Source of the DNA: Bacteriovoracia bacterium
GTDB taxonomy: Bacteria > Bdellovibrionota > UBA1018 > JBFWNL01
Length of the DNA: 64,000 nt
Assembly (NCBI GenBank): GCA_050251055.1
Contig: JBFWNL010000002.1
Coordinates: forward strand, 384,001 to 448,000
Reading direction: 5' to 3'
The notes below the pieces were generated by a model that saw only the letters and a list, made by a program, of their open reading frames with translations, ran no database searches and was not told the DNA's origin. Every line of letters begins with the position of its first letter. The stretch's first letter is position 1. Positions 39,336-48,691 of the stretch are shown in pieces. A program made the translations under genes and the position numbers.

Positions 39336-39773
39336 TTATTCAACCGGATACGCCGAGACGGACGACACCTTACAATCAGCGTAGTAAGCCTCTAAAAGCA
39401 TGCCCATTTCGTTTTTATTCACCCGTCCGACCCGCAGGCCGTAAGCGCGCTGACCATCGCTGGGCGCGACGTACGTGTATTGATCATTAAGTTTATTGAA
39501 GGCCAATAAACGCATACTCGCATCGGCCGCGAGGGTGGCCGGATTGATTTCCGCATTCAAGTGATAGACCTGCTCCCCGACATAGAAATCTTTCCGAACC
39601 GTGCCATTGGCCTCAACCACGAATGACTTTCCGAACCGCGAAGAATTGCCATTGGGAAAGTGGGGGTTGGACTCATTGACGGTCGCTCCGATGTTACAGT
39701 TCAAAAAAACGGGATTCGCAAATGCCGAAACCGGTAAGAGCGCAAGACCAGCCAATACAATTGATCGCAACAT
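39336..39773 (-). CDS. Secreted protein, paralog 1 of a tandem triplet
   Basis: GGAG RBS; signal AFA-N; PVFLNC, FNKL, YYADC. Confidence 0.7.
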   Translation of the reverse strand: MLRSIVLAGLALLPVSAFANPVFLNCNIGATVNESNPHFPNGNSSRFGKSFVVEANGTVRKDFYVGEQVYHLNAEINPATLAADASMRLLAFNKLNDQYTYVAPSDGQRAYGLRVGRVNKNEMGMLLEAYYADCKVSSVSAYPVE

Positions 39774-39910
39774 TTTAGACTTCCTCCAAGTTAAAGTTGC
39801 GATCCAAATAACGCATCGAGTCATACGTGGCAATTCTGATCACGGCTAAGCCCAATGTTTCTGCTTACTGAGTCGGAAAATATTCGAAAGTAAGCGGGGC
39901 CCGCGTGATT

Positions 39911-40738
39911 TTATGCCGTGGCGAAAGCCGATTGTGTGAACTCGCGTCGAAGCTCGCTCTCGAGCCACGCACGCCACTGGGGCTGCCAACCCGGGGGTAA
40001 GGATGCCGACGACTCCAGCTCCGCCAGATTCACCATCACCTCCGGCGAGAACCCGCACGGAGAAATCAGGCGAAATCCATCGAAGTCGTTCACTACGTTA
40101 ACGGCCATGCCGTGGTAGGTGACCCACTTGCGGATGGCGATGCCGATGGAGGCGAGCTTGCGCTCGCCCACCCAAACGCCAGTGGCGTCGCGGCGGTGCT
40201 CACCCGCGAGACCGTAGCGTGCGAGCACGTTGATCAAGACGCCCTCGAACTTGCGCAGAAACGCGTCGATGTCCCGGCGCGGACCGAAGCCTTCTCCATC
40301 CAAAAGGCAAATCGGATAGATCACGAGCTGGCCAGGGCCGTGATACGTCAGGTCCCCGCCCCGCTCGGTTTCGCTAAACGAAATCCCGGGTGGAAGCATC
40401 GGCGCCGGCATGTGACGGACCCCGCCTTCCCGGGAGCCCGCGCCCTGCAAACCGCGGCCACGCGTAATGACCGGTTCGTGCTCGAGGAAAATCACCGTAT
40501 CGGGGATTTCGCCGCGCGCGCGCTGATCGACCATCTTCTGCTGAAGCTCGCGTGCCTCCGTGTAAGGCGTCAGGCCCGGAAGGGAAAGAAACTGCAACTC
40601 GCGGGAAGCCGTCGTGGCCGGTAAAACTTTAGAAGCGCCAGGAGTGCCCGACCCAAGCGAATCATCACCGACCATCGGACTAGTCGCCGAGGCTACCGAT
40701 GGGCTCGCTAAAGTATCGAGATTCCCGCTCACTTCCAC
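39911..40738 (-). CDS. lipB: Lipoyl(octanoyl) transferase
   Basis: LEHEPVIT, RGGDLTYHGPGQLVIYP, KLASIG, HGMAVN, PCG. Confidence 0.93.
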   Translation of the reverse strand: MEVSGNLDTLASPSVASATSPMVGDDSLGSGTPGASKVLPATTASRELQFLSLPGLTPYTEARELQQKMVDQRARGEIPDTVIFLEHEPVITRGRGLQGAGSREGGVRHMPAPMLPPGISFSETERGGDLTYHGPGQLVIYPICLLDGEGFGPRRDIDAFLRKFEGVLINVLARYGLAGEHRRDATGVWVGERKLASIGIAIRKWVTYHGMAVNVVNDFDGFRLISPCGFSPEVMVNLAELESSASLPPGWQPQWRAWLESELRREFTQSAFATA

Positions 40739-40757
40739 TCCTCACTTCCCGACCGGG

Positions 40758-42197
40758 CTAAGCGTGGGCCGACGGCTGGGCGCTGGCACCGCGCTTGGGC
40801 TGGAAGATGTGGATGGCATGACCGAGCGTCGCCTCGGCGGCTTCCATCAATGTCTCCGGCAACGTCGGGTGCGCGTGCACCGTCAAAGCCAGGTCTTCCA
40901 CTTGCGCGCCCATCTCGAGCGCCAAGGCGGCTTCGGCAATGAGGTTCGAGGCCTCGGCGCCGACGATGTGCACACCGAGTAGCCGACCCGTTTTCTTGTC
41001 GCCGATCATCTTCACCATGCCGTCCGGCTCCGACACGGAAAGCGCGCGGCCGTTCGCCGCGAAGGGGAACAACCCCACCATCACGTCGATGCCCTTGGCT
41101 TTCGCTTCGGCTTCGGTCAGGCCCACGGTCGCCACTTCCGGATCCGTAAAAATTACGGCCGGCATGGCGATGACGTCGTACTTGGTCTTCTGGCCCGCGA
41201 TCGCTTCCGCGGCCACGATGCCTTCCTTCGATCCCTTGTGCGCGAGCATCGGCTGGCCGGCGATGTCGCCAATCGCATAGATATGCGGCACGCTCGTGCG
41301 GCGCTGGGCATCGACGGTGAGGAAACCCTTCGCATCGGGCTTCAGTCCCGCCTTCTCGAGCCCCAAACCATCGGAGTTCGGCGTACGTCCCACGGTCACG
41401 AGGATTTTTTCCACCGAGATCGTGGACTTCTTGCCCTCGCTTTCGAGCTCGACGTCATATCCCTTCTTAGTTTTCTTCTGGCCTTTGACCATCGTCTTGA
41501 CCATCACGTCGACTTCGCGCTTCTTGAGACCTTTGGCGACGACCGAGGTCAACTGCGGATCGACCATGCCCAGCAACGCCGGGCCGGCCTCCACCACGGT
41601 GACCTTCGTGCCGACCTTCGCATAGAAAGTGCCGAGCTCAAGCCCGATGTACCCGCCGCCAATGCAGAGCATGGACTTCGGGATTTCGGTGAGGTTCAAA
41701 GCACCAGTGCTGTCCAAGATGCCGTCCTGATCCACCTCAAAACCCGGAATCGCGGTAGGGCGCGAGCCCGTGGCGATCACGCATTGGTTGAACGAAAGCT
41801 CGATCGTTTCACCCTTGGCCTTGATCTCCATCGTCTTGGGGCCGGTGAACTTCGCGTCGCCCGCCACCCACGTGCAGCCGTTGGCCTTCAAGAGCCCGCC
41901 CACGCCGCCCGTGAGTTTCTTCACGACGGTTTCTTTCCAGGCGACCATCTTCTTGAGGTTCACCTCGGCGCCCTTGACGGTGATGCCCATTTCTTCCGCG
42001 TGGTGCATCTTTTCGAATAGCGTACCGGCGTAAATCAACGCTTTAGAGGGAATGCAACCGCGGTTGAGGCAAACGCCCCCGACTTCAGCGCGGTCCACCA
42101 CCGTGACTTTTTTGCCCAATTGCGCGAGCCGGATCGCGCAGACGTAACCGGCGGGGCCGGCACCAAGGACCACGACATCAGCGGTTTGCTTCGCCAT
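40758..42197 (-). CDS. lpdA: Dihydrolipoamide dehydrogenase (E3)
   Basis: GAGPAGY, GGVCLNRGCIPSK, HAHPTLPE. Confidence 0.96.
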   Translation of the reverse strand: MAKQTADVVVLGAGPAGYVCAIRLAQLGKKVTVVDRAEVGGVCLNRGCIPSKALIYAGTLFEKMHHAEEMGITVKGAEVNLKKMVAWKETVVKKLTGGVGGLLKANGCTWVAGDAKFTGPKTMEIKAKGETIELSFNQCVIATGSRPTAIPGFEVDQDGILDSTGALNLTEIPKSMLCIGGGYIGLELGTFYAKVGTKVTVVEAGPALLGMVDPQLTSVVAKGLKKREVDVMVKTMVKGQKKTKKGYDVELESEGKKSTISVEKILVTVGRTPNSDGLGLEKAGLKPDAKGFLTVDAQRRTSVPHIYAIGDIAGQPMLAHKGSKEGIVAAEAIAGQKTKYDVIAMPAVIFTDPEVATVGLTEAEAKAKGIDVMVGLFPFAANGRALSVSEPDGMVKMIGDKKTGRLLGVHIVGAEASNLIAEAALALEMGAQVEDLALTVHAHPTLPETLMEAAEATLGHAIHIFQPKRGASAQPSAHA

Positions 42198-42200
42198 GAT

Positions 42201-43568
42201 TTAGAAAGCCTCCATCAACAATAAACTCGGCGTTTCGATATAACGGATGAACGTCTTCATGAACTCGGCGCCGATCGCGCCGTCCACCACGCGGTGATCG
42301 AGCGAGATCGAGAAGTAAGTCCAATCGCGTACGACGACTTCCTCGCGGCCATTCACGAGCTTGGCGACGGGCTTGCGGAAGATCTTGTTGAAACCCAAGA
42401 TCGCCACTTCCGGATAGTTGATCACGGGCGTAGCAAACAAGCCGCCAATGGAACCCGCGTTCGTGAGCGTAATCGTCCCGCCGTGGAAATCTTCCACGGT
42501 GAGCTTCTTCGCGCGCGCGCGATCGACCAGATTTTGGATGTCGGCCGCGAGTTCGAGAATCGTCTTGTGCTCGACGTTCTTCACCACCGGGGCGGTGAGA
42601 CCGTCTTCGGTTTGGATCGAGAGGCCGATGTTGAAGTAGTGCTTGTAGACCAACTCTCCGGCTTCTTCATCCAAGCTGGAGTTGAGGATCGGGTATTGGC
42701 GAAGTGCCGCGACCATGGCCTTCATGATGAACGGCAGGTAGGTCACCTTCACGCCGCTCTTGGCGCCGATTTCCTTGGCCTGGTTGCGCAGGTTCACGAG
42801 CTCGGTCGCATCGGCTTCTTCCACGTAGGTGAAGTGCGCGGCCTTGTCCTTCGAGATGCGCATTTTTTCCGAGATCTTCTTGCGCAAGCCCTTGAACGCC
42901 ACCCGCTGTTCGCCGCCAGCGGGGAAATTGCGCTGACCCATGGGCACGGTGCCAGGCATGCTCATGCCGCCGGACATTCCAGCGCCCGAGCCACCACGCC
43001 CCGAATTCATAATGTCTTCTTTCATCACGCGACCGTGCGGGCCGGAGCCCGAAACACGCGAGATATCGACGCCCATCTCCCGCGCGAGCTTACGCGCCGA
43101 GGGAGCTGCGGCGACGTGTCCACCCCCGGTGGCGCCCGACGTCGCGCCCGCACCCGTAGAAGACGCCGCCATCGGGGCCGAAGCCGACGGGGAATGCCCG
43201 GACTTCGTGTGGCCATTGCCGCCGGCAGGAGCCGACGGGGCAGGAGCCTTGTTCGCCGACGCCGCGGGCGTGGACGGACTGGCCGTCGCGCCCGTAGCCT
43301 TGGCCGAGCTCTCGGCCGATTGAGTGGCCGTGCCGCCCGCCCCTTCATAAGTGATCAGGACTTGGCCGACATGCACCGTCGTGCCTTCCTTCGCGTTGAT
43401 CGCCGTGACCTTGCCGCTGAACGGGGCGGGGATTTCCACCGTGGCCTTATCGGTCATCACTTCGCAAATCGGCTGGTCGTCCTTCACCATGTCGCCGACC
43501 TTCACCTTCCAGCTGACCAATTCTCCTTCGTGAACGCCTTCACCCAGTTCTGGTAGTTTAAATTCCAT
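42201..43568 (-). CDS. 2-oxoacid dehydrogenase E2 (dihydrolipoamide acyltransferase), single lipoyl domain
   Basis: MEFKLPELGEG start; lipoyl motif MTDKAT; E3-binding GSGPHGRV; catalytic DHRVVDG. Confidence 0.94.
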   Translation of the reverse strand: MEFKLPELGEGVHEGELVSWKVKVGDMVKDDQPICEVMTDKATVEIPAPFSGKVTAINAKEGTTVHVGQVLITYEGAGGTATQSAESSAKATGATASPSTPAASANKAPAPSAPAGGNGHTKSGHSPSASAPMAASSTGAGATSGATGGGHVAAAPSARKLAREMGVDISRVSGSGPHGRVMKEDIMNSGRGGSGAGMSGGMSMPGTVPMGQRNFPAGGEQRVAFKGLRKKISEKMRISKDKAAHFTYVEEADATELVNLRNQAKEIGAKSGVKVTYLPFIMKAMVAALRQYPILNSSLDEEAGELVYKHYFNIGLSIQTEDGLTAPVVKNVEHKTILELAADIQNLVDRARAKKLTVEDFHGGTITLTNAGSIGGLFATPVINYPEVAILGFNKIFRKPVAKLVNGREEVVVRDWTYFSISLDHRVVDGAIGAEFMKTFIRYIETPSLLLMEAF

Positions 43569-44622
43569 TTCGCGCTTCTCCTCCGGCCTTTGGTTCGGCC
43601 ATTTGACTGCGATGCTTACGGATAACTCCCTCAATAAAAAATTCGGCGGCTTTGTAGCTCGAGCGGACCATCGGCCCCCCGGCAATGTATAGAAAGCCCA
43701 AGTCCGCGGCGGCCGTCTTTAGCGACTCAAACTCTTCCGGCGACCAGTAACGTTCCACCGGCAGATGCGTCAGCGATGGCCGGAGGTACTGCCCGAGCGT
43801 TAACACGTCGACCTCGTGTTTGCGCAAATCACCCGCGGTTTGCAGGATTTCTTGCTCCGTCTCGCCAAAACCCATCATGATCGAGCTCTTGGTGTAGAGC
43901 GTGCGGCCAGTCGCGCGCGCGTAGTCCTTCGCGAGCTTCAGCGTAGCCATGGACTGCAAGTAGCCCGCCCGCGGATCGCGCACGCGGTAGTGCAGACGAC
44001 GTACGGTTTCGATATTATGCGCGTAAACGTCCAGGCCTGAGTCAACGATCGTGCGAATCGACGTCGCGTTGCCCCGGAAATCAGGCACGAGCGCTTCGAT
44101 GATCACGCCGGGTTGGCGGCGCTTGATTTCGCGGATCGTCTCGGCGAAGTGAGCGGCCCCGCCGTCGGCCAGGTCGTCGCGATCGACCGAAGTCAAAACC
44201 ACGTACTTCAAGTTCAAGGCGGCAACGCTCTCGGCGGTCTTGGCGGGCTCGAGCGGATCGAGCGGCGGGGGAATGCGCGCGGTCTTAATCGCGCAGAAAC
44301 GGCAAGCGCGCGTACAGGTGTCCCCACCCAACATGAAGGTTGCCGTGCCCCCGGCCCAGCATTCAGCCACGTTCGGACAGTGGGCCTCTTCGCAAACGGT
44401 GTGCAGGTTGCGCTCACGCAAAAGCTTCTTGATGCCGAGGTAGTTTTCGCCGCCAGGGGGCCGAATTTTCAGCCAACCCGGTTTGCGCACGGGCGCAACT
44501 TGGGCGGCCACCGAAGGGGCAAGGGGGCGCTCCATGTGCGTACGATCTTCCGCCGACGCCAAGACGTTTTCCGGCAGCTCTCGCCAGCCGTCTAAAACCG
44601 GTAATTCCCTGAAAATGGCCAT
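43558..44622 (-). CDS. lipA: Lipoyl synthase
   Basis: CEEAHCPNVAEC, CTRACRFC, VRSSY. Confidence 0.96.
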   Translation of the reverse strand: MAIFRELPVLDGWRELPENVLASAEDRTHMERPLAPSVAAQVAPVRKPGWLKIRPPGGENYLGIKKLLRERNLHTVCEEAHCPNVAECWAGGTATFMLGGDTCTRACRFCAIKTARIPPPLDPLEPAKTAESVAALNLKYVVLTSVDRDDLADGGAAHFAETIREIKRRQPGVIIEALVPDFRGNATSIRTIVDSGLDVYAHNIETVRRLHYRVRDPRAGYLQSMATLKLAKDYARATGRTLYTKSSIMMGFGETEQEILQTAGDLRKHEVDVLTLGQYLRPSLTHLPVERYWSPEEFESLKTAAADLGFLYIAGGPMVRSSYKAAEFFIEGVIRKHRSQMAEPKAGGEARNGI

Positions 44623-44699
44623 GAAATCTGAGTTTGGTTATTTCAGATGACGCGGCGAAATGCAACGCTCGCTTACCGCCCTGGGGAGCGGAAGGGCAC

Positions 44700-44924
44700 C
44701 TACCAAGGCCCTTGGCCGGGATACATCGTGTTGCCTGTCCGGGGTGCGCAGTAGCAATGACGACACCCATCCTTCATTTCGCAGACCTGCTCGACGTTCG
44801 GGCCAATACAGGTAGCCGGGCTGTGATCTATACAAGCCCCGCGGCTCGACGAAGCCGTGCCAGAAGAATGCGCACATGCCCCAAGTAGAAGGAGAACGAG
44901 CGATAGCGCGCGCAAAGGGTTCAT
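44700..44924 (-). CDS. Small Cys-rich lipoprotein
   Basis: MNPLRALSLVLLLLGA-C lipobox; 6 further Cys. Confidence 0.6.
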   Translation of the reverse strand: MNPLRALSLVLLLLGACAHSSGTASSSRGACIDHSPATCIGPNVEQVCEMKDGCRHCYCAPRTGNTMYPGQGPW

Positions 44925-44958
44925 GGGTTCAAATTTACGTAAAAGGACGCGGGACGCC

Positions 44959-44997
44959 AGAAAGAAATTGGCCCTAGGTTTCCCTAGGGCCAATTTC
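44959..44997 (-). terminator. Intrinsic terminator
   Basis: 15-bp perfect stem GAAATTGGCCCTAGG/CCTAGGGCCAATTTC; GAAA loop; followed by TTTCT on the minus strand. Confidence 0.7.
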
Positions 44998-45052
44998 ATT
45001 GAGAGAGAGAGGAGAGTAGTTATGAGAGTGGTCAGTTTCCTTACCGACGCGA
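44959..45052 (-). ncRNA. Candidate sigma54-dependent small RNA (about 94 nt)
   Basis: -24/-12 promoter upstream; 5' hairpin GUCGGU-AAGGAA-ACUGAC; CU-rich single-stranded region; terminator. Confidence 0.5.
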
Positions 45053-45062
45053 TCCGCCTTAT

Positions 45063-45078
45063 TGCGATTTCAATGCCA
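45063..45078 (-). promoter_or_regulatory. Sigma54 (-24/-12) promoter candidate
   Basis: TGGCATTGAAATCGCA (GG-N10-GC); AT-rich, IHF-like tract immediately upstream (45088-45150). Confidence 0.55.
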
Positions 45079-45282
45079 ATCCGACTGAATAAATCAAATA
45101 CTAAAAATTTTATTCCTTTGTATTTTTAGATAGTTAAAAAACAAAAAGCAGAGTCATAACGCACCACATTAAAAGTCCGACAAAACGAGTCAGTTTGCCT
45201 CCGAAAGCGACAATTTGGGGCGCCCTTCTCACGTCACTCGTCGACGACTTGGCCAGGATCACTTTGTCCCTCACCCTGGGCT

Positions 45283-45408
45283 ACTGCCCCCTCATTGAAA
45301 AAAAAACTCTGTCGGAGGGGGCATCCGCGGGCCACGAGGGCGCTGAGCGGTTGAGGCCAGGACGGCCGTCCCCCTCCGACAGAGTTTTTTTTTCAATGAG
45401 GGGGCAGT
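45283..45408. repeat. Palindromic element (about 39-bp perfect arms); core homologous to the tRNA-adjacent palindrome
   Basis: ACTGCCCCCTCATTGAAAAAAAAACTCTGTCGGAGGGGG and its exact reverse complement. Confidence 0.9.
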
Positions 45409-45570
45409 CGAAAACTTGTTGGGTGCTGACTCAAGAGCAGGGAGTGTTTTTCCCCCTGCCTACCGTCTTGGTAAGCAGGGGGTGAGAGTTGAGAGAGAGA
45501 GGAGAGAGTGCCTCCTACGTGCGAGGCGGGAGAGAGAAACTTTCGATCGGCCGGGCGCCGGCTGGGCGCC

Positions 45571-46221
45571 CTAGTAAGCTGAAGACGCTCGCGGTGCACC
45601 CGACGTTTCCGCCGGCAGACCTTCGCTATCGTTCATGTAATAAAAATTACCGACCAAATCTTGGGTGTCGCTGTAGTAGTGGCCCTGGTTGAGCGCGGTC
45701 AGCATCTGACCTATGTACGAGTTCGAAGGCCAGCCTTTCCACATCGAGAAGGTCGGCGTCACTTCGAACGTGCCACTTTGCATGAGCGGAGTATTGCCGC
45801 TGAGCCACGCGAACGGGCCTTCGGCTTTCACCTGTAACGTGTTTGGAACGAGATCGTGCTGTTCGCCCAGCTCACGATCGAGCATTTCCTTAGGCGGCGG
45901 CGTGGTGGCCGCCAGGGACGAAGGCCGATAGCTTGTTTGCGCCACTTTTTGGGCGGGAGCGGAGACTCGCTCGGCGGCGGAAAGCGAAGCCAAGGCAAAC
46001 CCGGATTTATGGGCCACTGGTTTAGCGCCGGTTTGCACGGATTCGATCAGTTCAAGCGAGGAACGATAAGTAGGCTTGAGTGACGGGACGGAGGCGGGAG
46101 TCGGGGCGCCGATCACGCCTCCGCTGTGCAGCAGGCCCGCGATCACCACTCCGAGAGTGCCGATTTGCGGCGGGCTTTTACGCAAGATTTTTTTCCGGTC
46201 TGCTTTCACTGCGTACTCCAC
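45571..46221 (-). CDS. Hypothetical exported/membrane-anchored protein
   Basis: 216-aa ORF; hydrophobic segment near the N-terminus; low-complexity linker. Confidence 0.5.
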   Translation of the reverse strand: MEYAVKADRKKILRKSPPQIGTLGVVIAGLLHSGGVIGAPTPASVPSLKPTYRSSLELIESVQTGAKPVAHKSGFALASLSAAERVSAPAQKVAQTSYRPSSLAATTPPPKEMLDRELGEQHDLVPNTLQVKAEGPFAWLSGNTPLMQSGTFEVTPTFSMWKGWPSNSYIGQMLTALNQGHYYSDTQDLVGNFYYMNDSEGLPAETSGAPRASSAY

Positions 46222-46516
46222 TTCGAACCACTTCCGGTTGCTTTCGCAACCGATCGGTACCCACGCTCGCTACATCGTTTGGTTATCGGTACCGTCGACA
46301 ACCGCTGCCGCCCTTAGAGCAACCGACGTGCCAGGAGCCAGGAAAAGCCCACAAACCCCAACCCCCACACAACCTCCTGTAACGCATAGAGCCAAATCGC
46401 CCCTCCCACGCCTAACCCCCCGTACCTACTGCCTATTTTTTTGACAGGTGGACAGGCCCATTATGCTTTGCAACAATCAATAGACGGGGAAAAGTCAAAG
46501 GGGATTACTACCGCTC

Positions 46517-48691
46517 ATGCGCCCAAGACGACGTCGTTCGGTAAAAACCAAAGGCCAAGTCTCCATCATGGTCGCCATGATGCTGACCACCTTTTTCCTC
46601 TTCTTTCTCTTCGTCGTGCACACGGGGCTTCTGATCAACGCCAAGATCAATCTGCAAAACGCGGCGGACATGGCGGCGTACTCGGGCGCGGCGAGCCAGG
46701 CGCGCATCCTCAATCAGATTGGTATTTTAAATTACGAGATGCGCCGACAGTTCAAGAAGTTCCTCTTCCGCTACTACGTCGTCGGGAACATGTCGCAAAC
46801 TTCGCACACGGTCGAAAGCCAAAGCGGTCAGGGAAATCGCAGTTGGGCGCCGAACGCGGACGAACCCGGGAAAACCTACCGGGTGCCCGCGGTGTGCATG
46901 ATCTACAATCTACGGGACAACTTCTGCAAACAGGTGGCACTGGAAAAACTGGCGGTGGTGCCCGTTAATCCACTGGACGGGTTGAGCGCGACCTTGAACG
47001 CGGCCGGCAAGGCGATCGAATCCGCGCGCCAGAACAACTGCTTCAAAATCGCGTGGGCGAATTTCCAAACCCTGAATCTGTGGCTCTACAATACGGACCC
47101 CACCCTCCAAGGCGTGATCGCCTCGATGCGGGCCATGGCGGCCCAGAGCAACAACCAGGGCGCTCAGATCATCGCGAACTCGGTCCAGGGCATCCAGGCC
47201 GTGGCGCAAGGGATCGGGCTCGTGCCTCGCCAGGTGATTCTGATCGAACGCATCCGCACCTTGCAAAAGTACGCGAACTTCGCGGCTCAGCTCGGCCTGG
47301 ACTCCGAAGGCGTCGAGGCGCTGCAGAACTCGGGTGAGGCGCCCATGCGCGAGCGCCCAATCCAAGCCTACCTCTCGGCGTACAACACTTTGGGCGAGCA
47401 CACCTTTCCGGGTGGCGACATCAAGCTCGACGAACTCATGCCTTCGGGGGGACTCGACGGCAGCGCCGACGTGTTGAAGCTCAAAACGCTCACTTCCGAC
47501 TTCGAAACCTATTTCGTGGGTTACCCGAACATCCAGGGCGGAAACTATCCCAGCGCCACCGCCGCGATTGACCCGGAAAATAATCCGCGCGGATGCGAGG
47601 CCAGCCCGATCCCCATGCAGATTCGAGGCTTGCCCGTGGGCGTGGAAAAGGATCCCTCGAGCCTCACGTACTACGCGGTGAGGCTGCGCGCGAAGGCCAA
47701 GCTCCTGGGCGCTTTCGGAACCGCGCTCGGCACCGTCGATCTCGAAGCCTATTCCGCCGCCCAACCCTTCGGCAGCCGCATCGGCCCCCAGGCAGACAGC
47801 CCGCTCGTTTCGGCCGGCTCCACCGCCTTCGTCAACCCCAACGGGATTCCGCAAAATCCGAACAATCCGGGGCAGATCCTATGCGCCGCGGGCGCCTGTA
47901 GCGGGACGCCCAATCTTCCGGTCTCGAAGGGCGACAACTTCGTCAACGGTTGGAACCAAAACCTCGTGATCAAGAACATGTTCGGCGAGTTCAGCGAATC
48001 GGGGGGGAGCCCCGGCGCCGACGGCGCGCCGATTCGCGCCAGCATGATGGGCCGCGCCCTGCATTCGGCCATGGCCCCTAACCCCGTCGAAGCCGGCAAA
48101 TACAACATCTTATATGAGGAAGACGTACCGCCAAACGACGCCGACCGGCACGAAACGGCGGGCGACCCTTTCGAGCGATACTTCGACGACCAGCTCGTCC
48201 ACGAATTCTGGGCGCCGGTCGTACCGGCCGACAATGTCAGCGGCGCCGATCCTTCCCGCAGCATCCAAGAGATGATCGCGAACTCGTCGGGCGGGGCCCC
48301 CGAGTTCAAGGAAGAGTTGGCGCGCCAGATCGTGACTTACATCGGTAAGCTTCGACAGTGCCAGGGCGAGGACATCGTTCCCGGGGTCAAGGAATGCTTC
48401 AATATCGCCCAGATCAGTGACCCACTGCGACGAAAAGAGGGCACGGTCACCCCGGTCACCATGGGCGACGGCGTACTCATGCGGGGAGAAGCCAACTTCA
48501 AGACCGGATGGGCGGATGTTCGCGACGGGAACATCATGAACCGTCGGCGCGGGGGATACAGCGTCAAGTTCGTCAACTTCGGAACGCTCTTGAACCCCCG
48601 GGGCCTGACGAGCAACGGCGAAGAAGGCTGGGCGAACGTCCCCCAAGCACCGTCGGACGCGACCGACGCCTTCAATAGCATCAAGCACTAG
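46517..48691 (+). CDS. TadG-like (Tad domain) pilus-associated protein
   Basis: KG|QVSIMVAMML TM helix; INLQNAADMAAYSGA Tad motif. Confidence 0.8.
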   Translation: MRPRRRRSVKTKGQVSIMVAMMLTTFFLFFLFVVHTGLLINAKINLQNAADMAAYSGAASQARILNQIGILNYEMRRQFKKFLFRYYVVGNMSQTSHTVESQSGQGNRSWAPNADEPGKTYRVPAVCMIYNLRDNFCKQVALEKLAVVPVNPLDGLSATLNAAGKAIESARQNNCFKIAWANFQTLNLWLYNTDPTLQGVIASMRAMAAQSNNQGAQIIANSVQGIQAVAQGIGLVPRQVILIERIRTLQKYANFAAQLGLDSEGVEALQNSGEAPMRERPIQAYLSAYNTLGEHTFPGGDIKLDELMPSGGLDGSADVLKLKTLTSDFETYFVGYPNIQGGNYPSATAAIDPENNPRGCEASPIPMQIRGLPVGVEKDPSSLTYYAVRLRAKAKLLGAFGTALGTVDLEAYSAAQPFGSRIGPQADSPLVSAGSTAFVNPNGIPQNPNNPGQILCAAGACSGTPNLPVSKGDNFVNGWNQNLVIKNMFGEFSESGGSPGADGAPIRASMMGRALHSAMAPNPVEAGKYNILYEEDVPPNDADRHETAGDPFERYFDDQLVHEFWAPVVPADNVSGADPSRSIQEMIANSSGGAPEFKEELARQIVTYIGKLRQCQGEDIVPGVKECFNIAQISDPLRRKEGTVTPVTMGDGVLMRGEANFKTGWADVRDGNIMNRRRGGYSVKFVNFGTLLNPRGLTSNGEEGWANVPQAPSDATDAFNSIKH

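Larger units (their letters stand above)
44999..45506. repeat. 18-bp direct repeat TTGAGAGAGAGAGGAGAG at 44999-45016 and 45489-45506
   Basis: Exact match; each copy lies between two hairpins. Confidence 0.8.

Noticed and set aside
42294-43556. Long antisense ORFs (420 aa here; also 21416..22309 and 46910..47854)
   Set aside because: Shadow frames of GC-rich, well-supported genes; no motifs or RBS.
44999-45506. CRISPR-like array
   Set aside because: Only two low-complexity repeats about 470 nt apart; no cas genes.
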